Positions 60,099 to 64,000 of a stretch of 64,000 bases of DNA are shown here, in pieces. The stretch comes from Parcubacteria bacterium C7867-005. GTDB lineage: Bacteria > Patescibacteriota > Minisyncoccia > Phycocordibacterales > Zambryskibacteraceae. Position 1 is the stretch's first letter; every line of letters begins with the position of its first letter. The notes under the pieces are model-generated. The model searched no databases and was not told the DNA's origin. It worked only from the letters and a program-made list of their open reading frames with translations. The position numbers and the translations under genes were made by a program. Where the stretch lies: assembly GCA_001189165.1 (NCBI GenBank), contig LFCO01000003.1:126984-190983 (forward strand), written 5' to 3'.

Positions 60099-60620
60099 AT
60101 GCAACAACTTGATAAAAAAGCAGTCTGGTTATTTTTTATAGGCTCTATGTTTGGATGGGTCTTCTTTGGAGTTTTTCTCTCTATCTGGGGGGCCAGTATC
60201 TCTGGTGAGATGTTTAGCGGTTCGATGACTTTTAACGGACAGCCAGTGAACCCGTTAGCGTTTATGTGGTTTGCAGTAAAAACTGTTGTCGCTCTGCTCT
60301 TAATCCTCTCTTATATTTGGGCACGTCTCTCGTATCGTTTTTATAGATACGAACTCAGAGATAATGGATTCAGGAAGGAGTCAGGCGTGATCTATAAAAG
60401 TTATGTCACCATACCTTATGACCGTATCCAGAATGTAGATGTGTATCGAGGAATCCTCGCACGCATGCTTGGGCTTTCTGATTTACATATCCAAACAGCG
60501 GGAGCAGGTACAATGCTCGGCGAAGGTAGACTACCAGGCCTTTCACATGAGGTCGCAGAACAACTCCGAGATGAACTCATCAACCGTTCACGTGCCTCTA
60601 GAACGGGCCAGGGTTTATAG
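60099..60620 (+). CDS. YdbS-like membrane protein with bacterial PH domain
   Basis: Two TM helices then IPYDRIQNVDVYRGILARMLGL..LHIQTAG. Confidence 0.88.
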   Translation: MQQLDKKAVWLFFIGSMFGWVFFGVFLSIWGASISGEMFSGSMTFNGQPVNPLAFMWFAVKTVVALLLILSYIWARLSYRFYRYELRDNGFRKESGVIYKSYVTIPYDRIQNVDVYRGILARMLGLSDLHIQTAGAGTMLGEGRLPGLSHEVAEQLRDELINRSRASRTGQGL

Positions 60621-60656
60621 TTGACTTTCCTCAAATTTGGTATAAAGTAGGGCACG

Positions 60657-60769
60657 TAAGGTCAAAGACAGAAGGTGGCGCAAGCCTTAATCATGCCTTC
60701 CGAGATCACTCTCAAACGCACTTCGGTGTAGTCGAGACCTTATAGAGGTCGTTTTTTTTGTTCGTTAAT
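60657..60769 (+). promoter_or_regulatory. L10 leader (ribosomal protein autoregulatory RNA) with attenuator
   Basis: AAGACAGAAGGT-GGC GCAA GCC-TTAA...CCTTCCGAG pattern, then GACCT-TATAG-AGGTC-GTTTTTTTT, directly before rplJ. Confidence 0.85.
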
Positions 60770-60778
60770 TTATAAATT

Positions 60779-61267
60779 ATGGCAATATCAAGAGCCAAAA
60801 AAGGAGAGATAGTAGACAAGCTTCAAGGAGCCCTCAAGGGTGCCAAGTCGCTCGTCTTCGTCAACTTTCATGGCCTCAAGGTTTCTGATGCCACAGCCAT
60901 GCGCCGTTCCCTCAAAGCAGAGGGCGTCTCATACGCAGTGACAAAGAAATCTTTGACCAAACGAGTATTAGCTGATGAGAAATTCGAAGGCACTTTGCCT
61001 GAACTCACCGGCGAACTCGCGATGGCTTGGTCAGACGACCTGATCGCACCAGCGAGAGGCGTCTATGGTTACCAAAAGAAATTCCCAGAGGGCCTCAAGA
61101 TCCTCGGCGGAGTTTTCGAAGGCCGCTACATGACTAAGGCAGAGATGGAAGGAATCGCCACGATCCCTACCACCAATGTTCTACGAGGAATGTTTGTTAA
61201 CATCATAAATTCTCCAATACAGCGTTTCGCGATCGCGCTCGGTCAGATTGCAGAGAAGAAAGCTTAG
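60779..61267 (+). CDS. rplJ: 50S ribosomal protein L10
   Basis: FHGLKV...KKSL...ILGGVFEG; precedes rplL. Confidence 0.95.
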   Translation: MAISRAKKGEIVDKLQGALKGAKSLVFVNFHGLKVSDATAMRRSLKAEGVSYAVTKKSLTKRVLADEKFEGTLPELTGELAMAWSDDLIAPARGVYGYQKKFPEGLKILGGVFEGRYMTKAEMEGIATIPTTNVLRGMFVNIINSPIQRFAIALGQIAEKKA

Positions 61268-61293
61268 TCAGTTATCAGTAACAAATTAATACA

Positions 61294-61698
61294 ATGGATG
61301 AAACAAAAGTTGCTACAGAAGAAGTAGCAGTCCCTGCCAAGTTCGCGAAGATCGTGAAGGAGATCGAAGAGATGTCCGTCCTCGATTTGAACGAATTGGT
61401 CAAAATATTCGAAGCTAAGTTCGGAGTTTCTGCAGCCGCAGTCGCAGCAGGCCCTGCTGCAGGTGCCGCTCCAGCCGAAGAGGCCAAGAGCACAGTAGGC
61501 GTAGAGCTCACTGATGGTGGTGCGAATAAAATCGCGATCATCAAGATAGTCAAAGAAGTCCTCGCCCTTGGATTGAAAGAGGCCAAGGACCTCGTAGATG
61601 CAGCCCCTTCTATGCTCAAAGCAGATATGAAGATGGAAGAAGCTACAGAGCTTAAGAAGAAAATCGAAGAAGCCGGAGGCAAGGTTACTTTCAAGTAA
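61294..61698 (+). CDS. rplL: 50S ribosomal protein L7/L12
   Basis: [27 protein letters not shown]. Confidence 0.97.
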   Translation: MDETKVATEEVAVPAKFAKIVKEIEEMSVLDLNELVKIFEAKFGVSAAAVAAGPAAGAAPAEEAKSTVGVELTDGGANKIAIIKIVKEVLALGLKEAKDLVDAAPSMLKADMKMEEATELKKKIEEAGGKVTFK

Positions 61699-61716
61699 TA
61701 AACCCCCTAATTCTAG

Positions 61717-61750
61717 AATCAAAAACCCTGCTATTGCGGGGTTTTTGATT
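61717..61750 (+). terminator. Terminator after rplL
   Basis: AATCAAAAACCCTGC-TATT-GCGGGGTTTTTGATT. Confidence 0.85.
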
Positions 61751-61809
61751 GGACTACGCACCTTTTGGGCGAGGTAGTCAATTAGTGCAGGAGGGGCTTT
61801 CTATGTAGA

Positions 61810-62379
61810 ATGGGCAAAAAGATGAAATCGGTATCCCACATATTTGGAGGAGAGGCCAAGGTCAAGATAATGCGTCTTTTCATATTTAACCCAGAGACTA
61901 TTTATGACACGAATACTGTCTCTGAACGCTCCCAAGAAAATCGAACATTGGTTGCGCGCGAACTCCGCAAACTCGGACAGTCTGGACTCATTAGAAAAAA
62001 GAGTAAAGGTTGGGCTCTAAACCCTTCGTATCCGTACATCAAAGCACTAGAACATTTCTTTATTGATGCTAGTCCGATAACTGAAAAAGAAATCGTAAAG
62101 AAATTATCCAGAGCGGGGACAATCAAACTGGTTTTAATTTCTGGAGTTTTCCTACACGACACCGAGGCGAGGGTAGATTTATTGGTAGTAGGGGATCATC
62201 TAAAGAGGGGTTTGCTCGTCCATGCCATAGGCAGCATAGAGGCAGTTTTAGGAAGGGAGATACGCTACGCTTCCTTTGAGACAGCAGATTTTCAATACAG
62301 ATTAGGGCTATACGACAAGCTAGTTAGGGATATCCTCGACTTTAACCACAAAAAGATCGTCAACAAGCTCGCAGTGTAG
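61810..62379 (+). CDS. Winged-HTH plus degenerate nucleotidyltransferase-like domain protein
   Basis: KVKIMRLF...RELRKL...GLI (wHTH); LISGVF...VDLLVVGD (MNT-like). Start may be 61822. Confidence 0.7.
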   Translation: MGKKMKSVSHIFGGEAKVKIMRLFIFNPETIYDTNTVSERSQENRTLVARELRKLGQSGLIRKKSKGWALNPSYPYIKALEHFFIDASPITEKEIVKKLSRAGTIKLVLISGVFLHDTEARVDLLVVGDHLKRGLLVHAIGSIEAVLGREIRYASFETADFQYRLGLYDKLVRDILDFNHKKIVNKLAV

Positions 62380-62509
62380 CTTTCCTATCCACAGGCCATC
62401 TCAAAAAACCTTTAAATACTAGTGCGAGGTGTATAATAAGTTATACCCCTATTTGAGTGGTAACAATTATAAGTAAAGTGCATTTGCACGAGCTTTCAGT
62501 CAAGAATAT

Positions 62510-63205
62510 ATGATTATGAATACTTGGGGACAGATTTTGACAGCTTCGTTCCAAGATCTTTGGTACGGAGTTATTAACTTTGTTCCAAACTTGGTAGTCG
62601 CTATTATCATCGTTGTTTTAGGATGGCTCATCGGCGCACTCTTTGGTCGAGCTATCTGGCAGGTGTTCCGTTCACTTCGCGTGGACGAAGCTCTTCGCCG
62701 AGCAGGATTTGAGACATTCCTCCGCAGAGGAGGCTTGAACCTCGATTCTGGTGCTTTCATCGGTGGTTTGGTCAAGTGGTTTGTGATCTTGGTTTTCCTC
62801 ATGGCTTCATTCGAAGTTTTGGGTCTAGATCAAGTTAACCTCTTCCTCAAAGATGTGGTTATCGCTTACCTTCCTCGTGTGATCGTAGCTGCCCTCATAC
62901 TCCTAGTTGGAGGTGTGATCGGTGACATAACAGATCGTGTTGTTGTCACTGCAGCTAAGACAGCCGAAGTTAGATCAGCTCATTTCTCTGGCACAGTAGC
63001 CAAGTGGGCAATCTGGATTGTCGCTCTCCTCGCCGCTCTTTCACAGCTCGGCATTGCAGCAGCATTCAGCCAGACACTCTTTACTGGAGTAGTTATCGCC
63101 ATCTCTCTTGCCCTCGGCCTTTCATTCGGCCTCGGTGGTCAAGAAGCAGCAGGAAAGTTCCTAGAACGTCTTCGTGGAGACATGAGTGACAAGAACCACG
63201 GCTAA
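62510..63205 (+). CDS. Conserved TM-helix repeat protein (CmpX/MscS N-terminal-like)
   Basis: Two repeats FVPNLVVAIII / YLPRVIVAALIL; GLSFGLGG. Confidence 0.85.
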   Translation: MIMNTWGQILTASFQDLWYGVINFVPNLVVAIIIVVLGWLIGALFGRAIWQVFRSLRVDEALRRAGFETFLRRGGLNLDSGAFIGGLVKWFVILVFLMASFEVLGLDQVNLFLKDVVIAYLPRVIVAALILLVGGVIGDITDRVVVTAAKTAEVRSAHFSGTVAKWAIWIVALLAALSQLGIAAAFSQTLFTGVVIAISLALGLSFGLGGQEAAGKFLERLRGDMSDKNHG

Positions 63206-63240
63206 CCAGAGGTATCAGCTAGATAATACCGAGGATAGCT

Positions 63241-63270
63241 CAAAACCCCCGCTCTGGCGGGGGTTTTGTT
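63241..63270 (+). terminator. Intrinsic terminator
   Basis: CAAAACCCCCGC-TCTG-GCGGGGGTTTTG. Confidence 0.85.
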
Positions 63271-63309
63271 ATATGGCTCTATGTATGGATATTTGGTTCA
63301 TAAATCTCC

Positions 63310-63338
63310 TTGACAAAGGGGTTAGAGTATGCTACGAT
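63310..63338 (+). promoter_or_regulatory. Strong sigma70 promoter of GC-rich orphan 2
   Basis: TTGACA-N17-TACGAT with extended -10 TG. Confidence 0.75.
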
Positions 63339-63403
63339 CAATACAGATAGGCGAATGCCTACTGCAGTACCTCTCATCTCTACTCCTTCAAGGAGCTCTT
63401 ACC

Positions 63404-63982
63404 GTGACGAGCATCGCACCGCAGGTTCGCATCGGCATCAATCTCGCCGATGAGGAGCACATCCTGTTCAAGATCACCCTCTCCAACAAGAGCCTGGTTC
63501 CCGCGGGCATCCGCGAGATCGAGCGCGAGTCGGACAAGGTCATCGACCGGCGTAACGCCGACAAGGCGATCGCCGCAGGCAACGCTCGTGTGGCGACGGT
63601 CGGACGAGTTCGTCCGGGACGTGTCGATACCGGCAAGCCGATCTTCCAGAACGTGGAGCGCGTGCGCGTTTCGCTCGTCCGGGGAATCCTGGCTCGCAAG
63701 GGCTTCCGCCTCGCCGACGCGCACTTCTTCGTTCGGAACGACGGCAAGGCCGTGCTCGTCCTCTCCCTCATGAAGGGACGGGACACGCTGGAGCTCCCGC
63801 GTGCGACGGTCGAGGCGATCCGGGCCATGGCCCGTGACAACGTCTGGACCGCGGACATGTGGGAGAACGTCGACAACGCGACCCTGAACTTCCGTGCGCG
63901 TCAGCAGGGTTCGGCGAAACAGTCGATCACGGTCGACGATGACATGCTCATGATGGTCGACGGCGACCTCGCGGTCGAGTAG
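63404..63982 (+). CDS. GC-rich orphan alpha/beta protein
   Basis: AGGAG (63391-63395) 8 nt before in-frame GTG 63404; C/G-ending codons; the ORF-track ATG at 63329 overlaps the promoter. Confidence 0.72.
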   Translation: MTSIAPQVRIGINLADEEHILFKITLSNKSLVPAGIREIERESDKVIDRRNADKAIAAGNARVATVGRVRPGRVDTGKPIFQNVERVRVSLVRGILARKGFRLADAHFFVRNDGKAVLVLSLMKGRDTLELPRATVEAIRAMARDNVWTADMWENVDNATLNFRARQQGSAKQSITVDDDMLMMVDGDLAVE

Positions 63983-64000
63983 AGGAAGACGCCCGTACAT

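Noticed and set aside
62385-62393. Isolated near-DnaA box CTATCCACA
   Set aside because: Single, one mismatch; compatible with chance.
63329-63403. ORF-track N-terminal extension of orphan 2
   Set aside because: The ATG overlaps the predicted promoter; SD plus GTG at 63404 fits better.
1-64000. CRISPR array, rRNA, IS/transposase, reverse transcriptase or DGR repeats, alternative genetic code
   Set aside because: No regularly spaced repeats or such genes were seen by eye; conserved genes translate intact with code 11 and TGA acts as stop (for example recJ).

Overview
Origin-proximal 64 kb of a small, gene-dense bacterial chromosome (about 40% GC by eye). Gene content (short YidC, PPIase-less trigger factor, chromosomal PrgI/VirB4/pilin cluster, type IV pilus and competence genes, no biosynthetic pathways) fits a Patescibacteria/CPR (Parcubacteria-like) genome; that assignment is inference. 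Contents in order: dnaA(partial)-rpmH-rnpA-yidC; a T4SS-like envelope cluster; rsmA, pcrA, LysM-M23, comM, xer, nusA, ppa, tig-clpP-rny-hup, cca with 4 tRNAs, yraN, xth; a pilB-pilC-minor pilin operon; tpiA-pgk; recJ-rnhA-comEC; and fragmented str/S10/L10 operons. Main unexplained signals: (1) two GC-rich orphan genes sharing a 31/44-nt promoter block, one inserted between fusA and tuf; (2) parS-like sites encoded in-frame inside yraN; (3) a roughly 290-nt structured non-coding element bracketed by inverted perfect DnaA boxes; (4) a -10 box exactly 6 nt before the ATG of at least 13 genes, suggesting leaderless mRNAs; (5) a VirB2-like pilin apparently fused to a zinc peptidase domain. All calls are by eye; no database searches were run.
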